DNA from: Terriglobia bacterium
GTDB taxonomy: Bacteria > Acidobacteriota > Terriglobia > 20CM-2-55-15
DNA length: 64,000 nucleotides
Assembly (NCBI GenBank): GCA_965218585.1
Contig: CBDCLE010000022.1
Location: forward strand, 125,526 to 189,525
Direction of reading: 5' to 3'
In this document: piece by piece, positions 20,836 to 31,613 of the stretch
Layout of the letters: each line of letters starts with the position of its first letter
How positions within the stretch are numbered: position 1 is the stretch's first letter
Translations under genes and position numbers: made by a program
Notes under the pieces: model-generated
What the model saw: only the letters and a program-made list of their open reading frames with translations
Databases searched by the model: none
What the model was told of the DNA's origin: nothing

Positions 20836-22087
20836 ACTCTAAGTGACTGAAAACACGACCTTCATGTTTCTATGTGTCCACCAATTCTGTAGACGGGCCA
20901 TTCCGGGGTCAACAACTTTGTGAGTATTACTATAGGAATTATAGGATCGGTTCGGCGCAAGATCTGCATCGAGGGCCCAAACTTTCGCCCGTGTTTTGGG
21001 TCAATTTACGGTGAAGAAAAGCCGGTTCGACGTTCCGCCATTTGGATCCGTCACAGCGATCGGGAGCACGCCGGAAGAGCCGACGAGAATGGAAGGCACG
21101 GAAATCACGATCTGCGTGGACGTCACGCTCGTGGGTGTCAGAACGGCTGTACCAAGCAGGACCGTGCTGGCCGAAGTGAAGTTGGAGCCGGTTAAGGTCA
21201 TGTTGAACGTGGCACTTCCCGCCGCGATAGACGAGGGCGAAAGCAACGCGATATTCGGGACCGCGTTCGTCTGGGGAGTAGAACCCACTGTAAATCCAAG
21301 AGTTTGACTCGAACCGCCCCCCGGTTGCGCGTTCTCCATGGTCATTGTCCAGGAACCGGAACAGATGACGGTAAACTCGAAGACCATCTGGTTGGAATTG
21401 AGCAGAGTTCCCGTTTCTCCATCGAAGTCCTCGGGTGTCATACATGCCGGGAGACCGAAGAACGCGGTTGTCGCAGAGTTGAAATTGGCTCCGTTCACGA
21501 TCAACAGCGCCTTGAACTTCTGCTCTGTTTCGCCGTCGAGGCGGAAAGGCCTGCCATCTTCGAAAGACGTTGGGGCAAAACTCAGGGATTCGAGGACCGG
21601 AATCGGGTTCACAACCATCAGCGGCAGTGTCTCCGACGGCGGGACTCGAGGAACGACCGGCTCAGGATTCTTGACCGTGATGCGCTTGGCCTGGCCGTCG
21701 GGTATCGACTTTGCAGGGATCAAGGCTGTCAGCGTCGTGCTGTTGACGAATTCGGTCGCTATCTCCTCGTCTTCAATCAGGACAGTCGCACCCTTGACGA
21801 AACTGAAGCCGACTACCGTCAGCGCCACTGGTGGTGAACTTTCGTCGGGTCGGGCAATGATCAGGTCGGGAGAGATCGACCGAAGTCCGGCGATCGGGTT
21901 CAGAACACCGATCGATAGCTCATTCGACGGTCCGGCAGTAGGCGATGGGTTGAGGATGGAAATCGCCAGATTCCCCGCTGTAGAGTCGAAAGTGGTCGGG
22001 CAGAGCCGCCCTTCCACCGTCCGCTCAATCAAACGGCTCGTGCAGTTTTCCCGCAAGCCGCTTTCCTCAGTTGCTCCTCGCTCGAAG

Positions 22088-23059
22088 TCACCGGTCCACA
22101 AGACCGGGGATCAGATGCGTCAGTCGGACCAAACCAAACTCCCGAATCAGTCGTCGTGCCGGATAGCGGCGCCACATCGTATTGCGCCACCGTTTCGCGA
22201 GAAACGAGTGGATACGGCGCTCGATCCAACGGTCCAACTGGTTAAAGAGTCGGCGCACCCGCGCTTTGCGGTAGTAGTTCCCCCAACCACGTGTGAGTCT
22301 GTAACCTTGTCGGGTCATCTCACGGTCAAACGGCGTCAGAAAGATGTTTGACCACAACGGACTGGCCACTCCCCCTTGGGGAACTCCCGTCCGCGTGGGT
22401 TGCCAGCAACCTCCGTCCAACACCCCCGAACCCAGGATGACCCGGATCAGTCCCAGTACTCGGCCGTCGCTGATCTCTTCGGCAATTAAGTCGAGGAGCT
22501 TCTCCTGGTCAATCGTGTCGAAGAACTGCCGCAAGTCGGCATCAACTACCCATAGGTCTCCCTCGCCCAGCTCTACCCATACTTTCCGCATCGCATCGTG
22601 AGGCGAACGCCCCTTGCGATACCCGAATGAGCAGTCCAGAAACAGCGGCTCGAAGATCGGTTCCATCCGCTGGACCAGTGCCTGCTGACATACTCGATCC
22701 ATCACGGCCGGTATCCCCAGCTTTCGCACTCCTCCGTCGGACTTCCCGATCTCGACTCGCTTAACCGGCTTGGGGCGATAACTGCCATCTCGCAGTCTTT
22801 GATGCAACAAGGCCAGATATTCCTCCTTGCGCGTTTCAAACTGCTCAACGGTCACCTTGTCGATGCCCGCACTACCTCGGTTCCGCTTCACCTTCTCCCA
22901 GGCCAACTCCAGATTCTTGCGACTAAACACCTTGTCGATCAGCGAGTGGACCTTTCGCTTCTTTCCCTGTTTGCTTTCCAATGTCGCTGTGTGGTGACGG
23001 GCGGCGGCTTCGTCCGAATCGCGTTTGGGTCTTTCACTAAGGGAACTGTCCAAGGTCAC
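22088..23059 (-). pseudogene. ltrA: Intron reverse transcriptase with 354-bp in-frame deletion removing WADD
   Basis: YRLTR|GWGNYY junction; lacks the equivalent of copy-1 17006..17359. Confidence 0.9.
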
Positions 23060-23559
23060 GATACCTCCGCCTTTCCCTCGCTCGCACAATCACAACTGAG
23101 TACAGGGACTTCCCCCTCCAACGGGCCTTTTGAACCCGCCAGCGCCGCTGCTTGAAGCAACGATCCGAGACCTTATGTTCGGTGTCTCGTTCCTGAGTAC
23201 TATTCCCTGATCCGATTCCTGGCACCGCGTCGGCCGGAAAGTTGTGTGCGTCAAGTTCTGCAAAAAGTATTTCCAAAAAATTCAGTTCTTGAGTGTCGAT
23301 CGCCGTCGGGCCTGTGGGAATGTGGGAATGCTGAGCGTTTTTGGCGAAGCTTTTCCAAGCCTCAGAGGGAATCCGCGCCTTTTGGCGGATTTCCTCTGAG
23401 GCGTCATTTCCATCAGGCCTCTGCGTTTCTTTCTTTTTTGGTTCTTTTTCTTTCTTTCGTCCCCTCGAAAGTTTTCCACAGCGATTGTTCGCTCCAGGAT
23501 GCTCTGTAATCGCCGATCGACATCCGAGTCGATCATTGGGTCGGCCCGTTGGGACGCGT

Positions 23560-24762
23560 TTAGGCAGCCGGCGTCTGACGGTGCCAGTCCCTTTTGTGTT
23601 CCTTCAACAGGTCCATGTTCAAGTAGCGGATCGCTTCGATCCAGTTCTCGTGCGTTTCGGTGGTCAGCGCCCGAATCAAACGCAGACAGCTGGCTGCGTT
23701 GGGGAATATCCGCACCACGCGCGTTCGCCGTTTGATCTCTTCGTTGAGCCGTTCCAGCATATTGGTGGATTTCATGTGTTTGTGATGCTGAAGCGGCAGC
23801 GTGTAGAAGCTTAGTGTCTCGTCGATATTGTCTTCGACCCAGTCGCAGAGTTTGGAATATTTCTGCCCCCACTTGCTCAACCATGTCGCCAGGTCCTGCC
23901 GCACTTCCTGGAGGTCCCGCCGGTCGTAGAGCCAACGCAGTTCCTGGAGACAATCGTCATCGGCTTTGCGCGGCAGATAATCCAATGCGTTTCTCAGAAA
24001 GTGGACGTAGCAGCGTTGCCAGATCGCTTCGGGCAGGACTTCTGCGATGGCTTTCTTCAACCCGGCATGATCGTCGGTCACCACGAACTCCACGCCGCAC
24101 AAGCCGCGTTGTTTCAAACTCAGTAACAGTTCCCGCCAACTGGTCGTGCTTTCCCGTTCCGCCAGTTCCACCGCCAACACACCGCGCCTCCCGTCCCAGT
24201 TGATTCCGATCGCCACCAGAACTGCTCGGCTCCGGATGACCCCGTCTTCGCGCACCTTCTCGTAGCGCGCATCCAGAATCAGGTACGGGTATTCTTCCTC
24301 CAATGCTCGCGTCGCAAACTTTTTCAGCTCCGTGTCCAGTGTCTTATTAATCCGGCTGATCGTGCTGGCCGAAAACGAATGCCCGCATAATTCTTCGGTG
24401 ATGGCCTTGACCTTGCGCGTCGACACGCCCTGCACGTACATCTCCGCCAAGCTGGCCACCAAAGCTTTCTCGCTGCGTTGGTAGCGTTCAAACACTTCCG
24501 TGCTGAACCGCCCGGCCCGGTCCTGCGGCACGCGCAGCTCCAGCTTGCCCACCCGCGTGACCAGGTCCCGCCCGTAATAGCCACTCCGATATCCGGTCCG
24601 CCCCGCCGTTCGTTCACTCTTGGCCGCGGCCATAACCTGCTCCATCTCCCCCTCGAGAATTTCCTGAACCACCTCCTGCACGACGCTTTTCAGCAGATCC
24701 TTTTCCTCTCCTAACAGTTCTTTCCAATCCACTCCCTTTCGCTTAATCTTAGTTCGGGCCAT
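23560..24762 (-). CDS. IS256-family transposase (element B)
   Basis: LRVPQDR, GVSTRKV, LDARYEKVR, WQRCYVHF, STNMLERLNEEIKRRT. Confidence 0.95.
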   Translation of the reverse strand: MARTKIKRKGVDWKELLGEEKDLLKSVVQEVVQEILEGEMEQVMAAAKSERTAGRTGYRSGYYGRDLVTRVGKLELRVPQDRAGRFSTEVFERYQRSEKALVASLAEMYVQGVSTRKVKAITEELCGHSFSASTISRINKTLDTELKKFATRALEEEYPYLILDARYEKVREDGVIRSRAVLVAIGINWDGRRGVLAVELAERESTTSWRELLLSLKQRGLCGVEFVVTDDHAGLKKAIAEVLPEAIWQRCYVHFLRNALDYLPRKADDDCLQELRWLYDRRDLQEVRQDLATWLSKWGQKYSKLCDWVEDNIDETLSFYTLPLQHHKHMKSTNMLERLNEEIKRRTRVVRIFPNAASCLRLIRALTTETHENWIEAIRYLNMDLLKEHKRDWHRQTPAA

Positions 24763-24778
24763 CGGTTCATCTCCTTCG

Positions 24779-26314
24779 GGCTCTTGTCAAGAAAGTTGTG
24801 TTTGAGGAGGGGATCATAAGTCCTCCTCAAAGCGGGATTGGAACATGGCGTTGAGCTGATGAAGAGCGGAATGGATGGAAGTGGCCGGAGATTTCCAACG
24901 GCCGTTGTGGAGGTGAGAGACGGCCAAGCCGAGTTTGAACTTGAGGGTGTCTTCGGAGTGAAAGTAGCCGCCCGAATTGCGGCGCATAATTTCCAGTTGT
25001 CCGTTGACGGCCTCGACGAGGTTGGTGGTGGAAAACGATTTGCGCATGAGGTCGGGATACTTGAGGAAGGCGAGATAGTGAGTCCGTTTCTTGCGGAGCC
25101 CCGCGATCCAGGAGGGATAGTGCTGGGCGAAGCGGTCACAGAGTTCCTCGAACCCTTGGTTGCCGACATCCTCACACCAGGAGGACTTGATGGCACGGAA
25201 GCGTTGCTGAAACTCGGCGGCGTCGGATTTGGAGAGATGGCTCTTAGCATTGCGCTGCATGTGGACGGTACAGAGCTGGATATCAGCATTGGGAAAGAAG
25301 CCTTCGCTGACCTTGAGAAGGCCGGAGAAATCGTCCTGGACGAAGATCATGACGCGTCGGAGACCGCGCTCGATCAGAGAGCGGAGAACCCCCTTCCAGT
25401 CTTCGAGATTCTCGCGGCCGGGTTTGGCAATGCAGGCCAGGACACGCTTCTTGCCGTCGCGGCCTAGACCCACCACCAGGTAGATACAGGCCGGACGCAG
25501 CCGGTCGCCGTCGCGGAGTTCGACGTACTTGCCATCCACGAATAGGGCCAGCAGATCCGTGTCCAGTGGCCGGCTGTTGCCAAGATCGAGTTCTTCGATC
25601 AGGCCCGACGCCACCCGTTCCAGATCCTGTTGGGACCCGGACAGGCCCATCTTCTGAAGCGCCTCCCGGGCCGCATTGACCGAACGGGATGAGGCCAGCA
25701 GTCCCAGCAAGATGGACTCGACTTCTTCAGGGTAGCCGCGCTGATACGGGGATGGTAGGTTCGCGGGACGGAAATCCCCGTTACGGGTTCGAGGGACACG
25801 GATATCGATCGGAACGCTGCCCACTTGGAGGGAGCGATCGTAAAAACCATTGGGACGGTCGTCGGGGCGGTGTTCAAGATGCAGGTCCCGTTCGGCCACA
25901 CTGAGGCCCGACAACAGGGTCCCCAGTACCTCGCGCAGGCTCAGATCGGCCAGCCCGGAGGCCAGCAGGGTCTGGATCTGTGTTTTTGTGGATTCAGAAA
26001 TCTGTTCTGATGGTACGCTTTCATTCGGATCTGTAGACATTGGGTTCAACTCCATAACTGAATAACTGATGACTCAGGTCTAGGGCTCCAGCGTGAACTG
26101 GAGCCCGCTTCAATTTCAGCGGGCGACGGGGGCTGTGGAAACTGCCGGGCCTATGGAAATCGGGGGAATCGGTCGCCTTCGGCGGCTTCTTCTTGATGAT
26201 TTCCACAGGCCCTTGGAACACCTCCGGCGTCCGCACAGTTCCCACAGCCCGGACGACGAATCTATCATTCTCTCTCAACTGGAAATCACGAAACACAACT
26301 TTTACGTTACTCCC
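24779..26314 (-). mobile_element. IS256-family element A, copy 2 (1536 bp)
   Basis: Same as 14950..16485; 8-bp TSD CGAAGGAG. Confidence 0.93.
24814..26055 (-). CDS. IS256-family transposase (element A)
   Basis: Protein identical to 15209..16450. Confidence 0.93.
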   Translation of the reverse strand: MELNPMSTDPNESVPSEQISESTKTQIQTLLASGLADLSLREVLGTLLSGLSVAERDLHLEHRPDDRPNGFYDRSLQVGSVPIDIRVPRTRNGDFRPANLPSPYQRGYPEEVESILLGLLASSRSVNAAREALQKMGLSGSQQDLERVASGLIEELDLGNSRPLDTDLLALFVDGKYVELRDGDRLRPACIYLVVGLGRDGKKRVLACIAKPGRENLEDWKGVLRSLIERGLRRVMIFVQDDFSGLLKVSEGFFPNADIQLCTVHMQRNAKSHLSKSDAAEFQQRFRAIKSSWCEDVGNQGFEELCDRFAQHYPSWIAGLRKKRTHYLAFLKYPDLMRKSFSTTNLVEAVNGQLEIMRRNSGGYFHSEDTLKFKLGLAVSHLHNGRWKSPATSIHSALHQLNAMFQSRFEEDL

Positions 26315-28831
26315 CTCCTTCGTTTCAAAGTTGTTGGTTACCAACTTTTCGGAGATACCCTGGCCCCTTCCTATTTCAGGGCCTTTTTGCAGAAACTCTG
26401 AAACATAACCGGCCGGAACTTCGCTCTCGTTTATATCCGCACCTACCTTGCGGGGCTCTAGGTCGATGTTTGTCTTCTCCGTTGCCCGCCCTTTCGTCTG
26501 CGGGTGCCACACCATCTCGACCTTACCTTCCGCCCGGACAATACCAGGCCTCCCTGGGTCACTCGTGTCTCTTCTCCACCGTGTCGCCCGCACACACCTT
26601 GGTGCGATGGGGGGGAACCAATGTGCCTTCGCCCCCATAGTGCGGGCTCGACCATTCCCCATCTTTGGCCGACCGGTTCATCCTCGGGATCGCTCCCGTC
26701 GATTACGACCCGGTGGTTCTCCTCATGCCCTTCAGACCCCACCTCGCGGTGGGCGCCCTGCCCTCCAAAGTTTCCGTAGGTGGATCCAGCTCTGTCTTGG
26801 CCGTATCCGGCTTTCGCCTTCGTGCCCGTTTAGGCATTTGCATACCCGCCTACACTTCGGCCAGTGAGGCATTACCCCCACTTATTGGATATCGACCCGT
26901 GGCCTCGGGCCGAGCGGGACTTTAACCCGCCGGAAACGCGTGCTGCCAGGCACGCACTACGAGATCCTCCGACTGAATGTTAACCTCGACTTCAGTCTCA
27001 TCGATGAACCTCGAGCCACGGAGGCTGCCGTTGACCAGACCCTGGGCGCCGGGTTCAAATCCGGTACCTTCCACGAAAATGTTGAAAGTCAGGCGTCCGG
27101 CAACGACTTCGTCGGGTACGCCTCTTAAGCCGGTGATGACAGGAGACGGTTTGCCGACTGAAAACGTCGTGGCGATCGACGAGACGATCGTATTGTCCGG
27201 TCCCGTGTTCTGGACCAACAGTTCACCCTCGCGAGCCAAAGTGAGCTGGTTTGCCTCGAGTCTTATACCCAGGGTGTTGGAGTCGACGAGGGTCGTTGGC
27301 AGCGGGGAACCTTCGAAAAATACCTGGCTCGTACTGATAAACGGGCCACCGGTTATGGCGACATCGATTCCGTCGGATCCGACCAGGACTCCAGGGGGTG
27401 TCACCGTCTCGATTACAGGGACGATCAACGTTCCTTCGAAATCGTTGTTCCGACTGTTGGAATCCGTGATCGTGATGCCGATGATGGGTGGAGACAGCGC
27501 GAACCCGGTTGCCCCCGCGGTCAATGTATAGCTTCCCGCCGGAATGTCCTGGAATGCGAAAGTTCCTGATGAGTCGGCCACCAGCACGCCGGATACTGGA
27601 CCTGATAGCAATACCGAGGCTCCGGGAATCGCTGCCCCTCCAGAGCGAATGCTTCCGACAGCAAGGAACTCCTCCTGCGCGGGAATCTGGATGCCCGGGG
27701 GGCATCGGTGAAGGGCAGGTTTCTCAGCGTCGTCCCAATATTGCTGCCAGTAATTGCCGCAGTCACGATGGGCGTCTCCGTCTGGACGACGACAAAGCCG
27801 CTCCCTTCGATCTCAGGTAGCAACTCGGACAGATTTTGAATCCGTTGCTGATACGGAGGCACCGTGAACTGCACTTGCGAAATGCGTGCTCCGTCGGCTC
27901 TGAGGACAGACAGCAGAATATCCGCATTGAAACCGTGAGGGTTCACCAGCGCGATTCCGTCGAAGAACTCACGGTCGATCTCTTCAGTATTGAACACGAA
28001 AGCATTCTTGCCCTGGATTTGACTTCCGTTCACGATCGCCAGGCTTGTTCCCAGGGTTGTTCCCAGCGCTACAACCGCATCCAGAGCCCCGGAACCCTCC
28101 ACAACGATCGAACCCATGGCGACAGCGGTCTCGTCGAACCCGAACAGGTCCCCCACGTTTTCCCGGTGAGAGGCTCCCGCACCCAGGGAGATCGAGGCCG
28201 GGTTGTTGGTGCCGGCTATCAACTGGCTGCCTTGGGACAGTGCCCGCACCGTGACAGACTGCGTGGAGTCAGCCGTATTGATTACCTGCAGGAGGGAAAA
28301 GAATCCGGCACCGTCAACGAACAATGGCAGCCGGATCGTCGCTGTCCGCGTGGCTTCTGAGCTGCCCCGGCTTATGGCCTCATCCGTTCGTGTCGTGACG
28401 TCCTCGTTAAGGTCCCCGTATTCCTTGATCAACGCTGAGGCTACAACCTCCCGTCTCACCTGAAAGACATTGGTGGCTGCCCGGACGAGCAGGTGCGATG
28501 TCTCGTTTGGGGGTGCGAGGGCGGTTCCCAGCAGGGCCGCCACGTCTCCATGGAAGTTGCCGTGTGGAGGCAGGGCGATCTCGCCCGAACCGAGTGCCAG
28601 GCCGTTGGGAGCGACCGCGATCACGAATACGCGTGCTTCGTTTCGTCCGGGATTGAAAACGTCGAGAAATGTCTTGCCGCGCGTGCCGTGTGCGAACGGC
28701 ACAACAATACGGGCTCCCGGGTCGCCGGGCCCGGCCACTTGTTCAATCTTGCCTGCTGGTCCTAACGCTGCTGTGACTTGGAGGGGCGTTGCGCTGCTGA
28801 CAGTCACCGAACCTGTGGTTGCCGCACCTAG

Positions 28832-30568
28832 CCCGCATGTTTCACCAGTCCGGCGATCAGGGGGATTTGGGCAGTAAGAATCGGATTCGGGAGGATCTGG
28901 GTTCGAATTGGGCATGTGTGGCGTGACTCGGCGGTGTCGACAAGCGGGAGTTGCTGCGTTTTCGGGTTCAGAAGAGGGTGACGAAACGCACTGAGACAAA
29001 CCTCGGCGGAGCCGAAAAGAACGAGTCGATTTTGGCGCAGGGGATCGGGTCGGTTCTCAGCAGCGCAGAGGAAGCGCCTGCAGGTTTCGATGGACGAGGG
29101 CAAAGACCTCGGCGTAGGGATAGGCTTCCGACATGGAGATCCAGATGTTGCGAACCGTCAGACGGACTTGAGCTCCGATCTTGAGGAGCTTCAAGCGGAT
29201 CGTCTGGCACTGAGCGCGGGCCAGATCGGTATTCTTCAGTCCCAGACGGCGTAACGCGTGCAGGAGCATGTAGGCGGCCGAGGACAGATAGAGCCGGAGT
29301 TGATTGGCGCGCATGGTTGCCGCGCTGGTCCGGTCGGCGAATAGATCCAACTGCTGTTCCTTGATGCGATTTTCCATGTCGCCCCGCGCACAGTAAAAGT
29401 CTTCATAGAGGGCGCGGGCGTCCAGGCGTTCCGGCGACAGTGAGGTCACAACGAATCGAGGATTGGCGCCTTTCTCCAGGAACTCGGCCTTGCCGATGAC
29501 GCGTCGGGTGCAGGTCCAGCTCTTCCGAGTGCGATACCGGAAATCGTTAAACACCCGCGCCGGTTTCCCGGTGTCGTTAAACTCGGCTTCGGCCTGACTC
29601 ATCGATTCAGCGATCTCGCGCTTGAGCCGATCGTTCTTGGCCAGACCCACCACGTAATCGACCTGGTGGGCCTCGCACCAACTCAGCAATTCATCCCGGC
29701 AAAAGCCCGAGTCGGCCCGGATGATAATCGACACCTCCGGCCAGCTCTGCCGGATCTGGCCGATGATGCGGTTCAATTCCTCGACGGCGCCGTCCGCACC
29801 GTCGACATTGGAGCACCGCAACCGGGCGCATAGCAGATGCTCTCCCGAAAAGATGTAGAGCGGCAGATAACAGTAGTTGCCGTAGTAGCCGTGAAAGAAC
29901 CGTCCTTCCTGATGGCCATGGATCGGATCATCGGTCGCATCCAGGTCCAGAACAATCTCCTCGGGCGCCGATCCGTGAGCCGCCACAAATGCATCCACCA
30001 TCCAGCGGTCGATCTTGTCCGGGTCCATGGCCATCTTCTTGTACCGCTCCTTCCCATCGACTTGCTCCCCGGTCAGTTCCAACCGGTTCAGCGTACACTT
30101 GCCCGCCAACGCTTTTCCCCGGTCTCGGGCCTGCCGCCGCTTCTCCCCCAGTGGATCGGCCTTATCCACCGCCACGGCCAGCATCGGATCGGTCCGCAGT
30201 TGGTCATGATCGTTCAGATCCTCGTAGCCCAGACAGAGTCCGTAGACGCGCTGCCCCAATAACTCGCTCACCGTGTGTTCGATCAACCTCGCGTCCCGGT
30301 AATCCCTGAAACACTCGGCCAGTCCGGCGATCAGACCCGTTCGCTTTTCCACTTCCCTCAACAGCAGAACCCCAGCGTCGGAGGTGATCTTTCCGCCGTC
30401 AAAACGCGCCTTCACTTTTCGTTGAAGAAGTCCGTGAAATTCGAACGTCGTTTGGTTACACTCTGTTCTCATAAGGGCCGTCTCCGTTTGGCTTGTTAAA
30501 CGTTTATTTCAAAACGCTTTATGCCAGACAGGGCGGCCTTTTCTGGTCCTATTGGTGAAATATGCGGG
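28832..30568 (-). mobile_element. IS1380-family element
   Basis: IRs CCCGCAT(A/G)TTTCACCA; 4-bp TSD CTAG. Confidence 0.92.
29057..30472 (-). CDS. IS1380-family transposase
   Basis: FDGG.ITSDAG, GYEDLNDH, LDLDATDD, RADSGF, Y..RGDMENRIKE. Confidence 0.95.
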   Translation of the reverse strand: MRTECNQTTFEFHGLLQRKVKARFDGGKITSDAGVLLLREVEKRTGLIAGLAECFRDYRDARLIEHTVSELLGQRVYGLCLGYEDLNDHDQLRTDPMLAVAVDKADPLGEKRRQARDRGKALAGKCTLNRLELTGEQVDGKERYKKMAMDPDKIDRWMVDAFVAAHGSAPEEIVLDLDATDDPIHGHQEGRFFHGYYGNYCYLPLYIFSGEHLLCARLRCSNVDGADGAVEELNRIIGQIRQSWPEVSIIIRADSGFCRDELLSWCEAHQVDYVVGLAKNDRLKREIAESMSQAEAEFNDTGKPARVFNDFRYRTRKSWTCTRRVIGKAEFLEKGANPRFVVTSLSPERLDARALYEDFYCARGDMENRIKEQQLDLFADRTSAATMRANQLRLYLSSAAYMLLHALRRLGLKNTDLARAQCQTIRLKLLKIGAQVRLTVRNIWISMSEAYPYAEVFALVHRNLQALPLRC

Positions 30569-31005
30569 CTAGGTCCGTAGCCGAGAACCGACTCTGGGTC
30601 CGGGGGAGAACCGTTTCGAAACGAACCGTGGCCACACCCTCTTCAGTGAAAAACTGGATCTGTGCTTCGGCTACCGTCTGTCCGGTATTGACAATAGTGA
30701 TTTCAGAGCCTGTTTCGCCCGTAAAGCGAGGGAAGTGATAGGCAAACGCCGCTTCTGTGTCCTGTGCCAGGGCGGCCCCCTGGAGGGTCAGAAGGACGCA
30801 TACCGACAATGCCAGAATTCGCATACGCATGAGCGAAACCTTTGCCGCCAATCCCCCGGCCGGTCCCGTCGAAGAGACGGAATCCATTCAACCTGCTGAA
30901 AAGGCGGGCTAAAACATTAGCTGAGGGACCCCCTTGAGTCAAGGGAGATGCGCATTTTTTGCGCGTAGAGGGAAGAAGGCGGTTACACGGATGGACAAAT
31001 CCTGT

Positions 31006-31608
31006 CTATCTGACGCGGAACACGATGTCGTCACCACCCACGGCGATCTCGGGTTGTCCGGAGCCGATGTTCTGAGTGAATTCTGTTTCGATGTCGCCGT
31101 TTGGGCCAGCGGAAATGATCATGCCTGCCCGATTGACGCCGAAGGCGAGGCTTCCTCCGTTTACAAGATACGCGTTACCCCAGGGGTCTTCCCCGAGTTC
31201 CTGAACATAGGGGCCGCGCCAGGCAAACCTGCCGCTCGTGCCGTAACCAGGGTCGTTCCGGTCGAGTATGTCGCCCAAGTCGCCCTCAGTTCCCGTCAGC
31301 CAGCCCGAGGACGTGGAGTCTGAAGGTTTCGTCCCGGGACCGGCCAGAACGTCAAATATGGAAGACGAGGTCGTGATGCTGACGCCGGACTGAAAAATGG
31401 GCCATTTACCCGTGGACTGATTGAAGTTACGGATCCCCCGGCCTATGTTCTGGACTTCCAACTCGCCCCGGGTTATCCGGGCTTCGTTGATCAGGTTGGT
31501 CAGCATGGGTGTCAGGACCGCCGCGAGGACAGCGATGACAACCATAACGACGATCAATTCCAGGAGCGTAAACCCTGCTTTCATCGAATGTTGGTTTGAG
31601 ACACGCAT
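31006..31608 (-). CDS. GspG-like prepilin
   Basis: G|FTLLELIVV, WRGPY, DPWGN, SAGPNG, DDIVFRVR. Confidence 0.85.
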   Translation of the reverse strand: MRVSNQHSMKAGFTLLELIVVMVVIAVLAAVLTPMLTNLINEARITRGELEVQNIGRGIRNFNQSTGKWPIFQSGVSITTSSSIFDVLAGPGTKPSDSTSSGWLTGTEGDLGDILDRNDPGYGTSGRFAWRGPYVQELGEDPWGNAYLVNGGSLAFGVNRAGMIISAGPNGDIETEFTQNIGSGQPEIAVGGDDIVFRVR

Positions 31609-31613
31609 CGTTT

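Larger units (their letters stand above)
23240..26410 (-). mobile_element. IS256-family element B
   Basis: 8-bp TSD TTCCGGCC (single in intron copy 1); IRs GGTTATGTTTCAGAGTTTCTGCAAAAA / AGTTGTGTGCGTCAAGTTCTGCAAAAA. Confidence 0.92.
21979..26957 (-). mobile_element. Group II intron, copy 2 (contains IS256-B, which contains IS256-A)
   Basis: Near-identical to copy 1, same ends GTGCGTGCCTGG...CGACTCTAC(A). Confidence 0.92.
21001..30830 (-). pseudogene. Large exported surface protein (~1036 aa reconstituted; carboxypeptidase-regulatory-like domain plus about five IPT/TIG repeats), interrupted by IS1380, a frameshift and a group II intron
   Basis: Signal peptide at 30830; joins SATDL|GAATTGS across IS1380 and SEDLV|AGNLAI across intron; frameshift in C6 run near 27700; repeats P.I..LSP...G.NF...T.FVNSTTL. 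Confidence 0.8.

Noticed and set aside
14692-23059. RT as retron, DGR or CRISPR-associated RT diversifying the pilins
   Set aside because: RT lies within full group II intron ends (GTGCG, DV, DVI) in two copies; no TR/VR pair or cas genes seen
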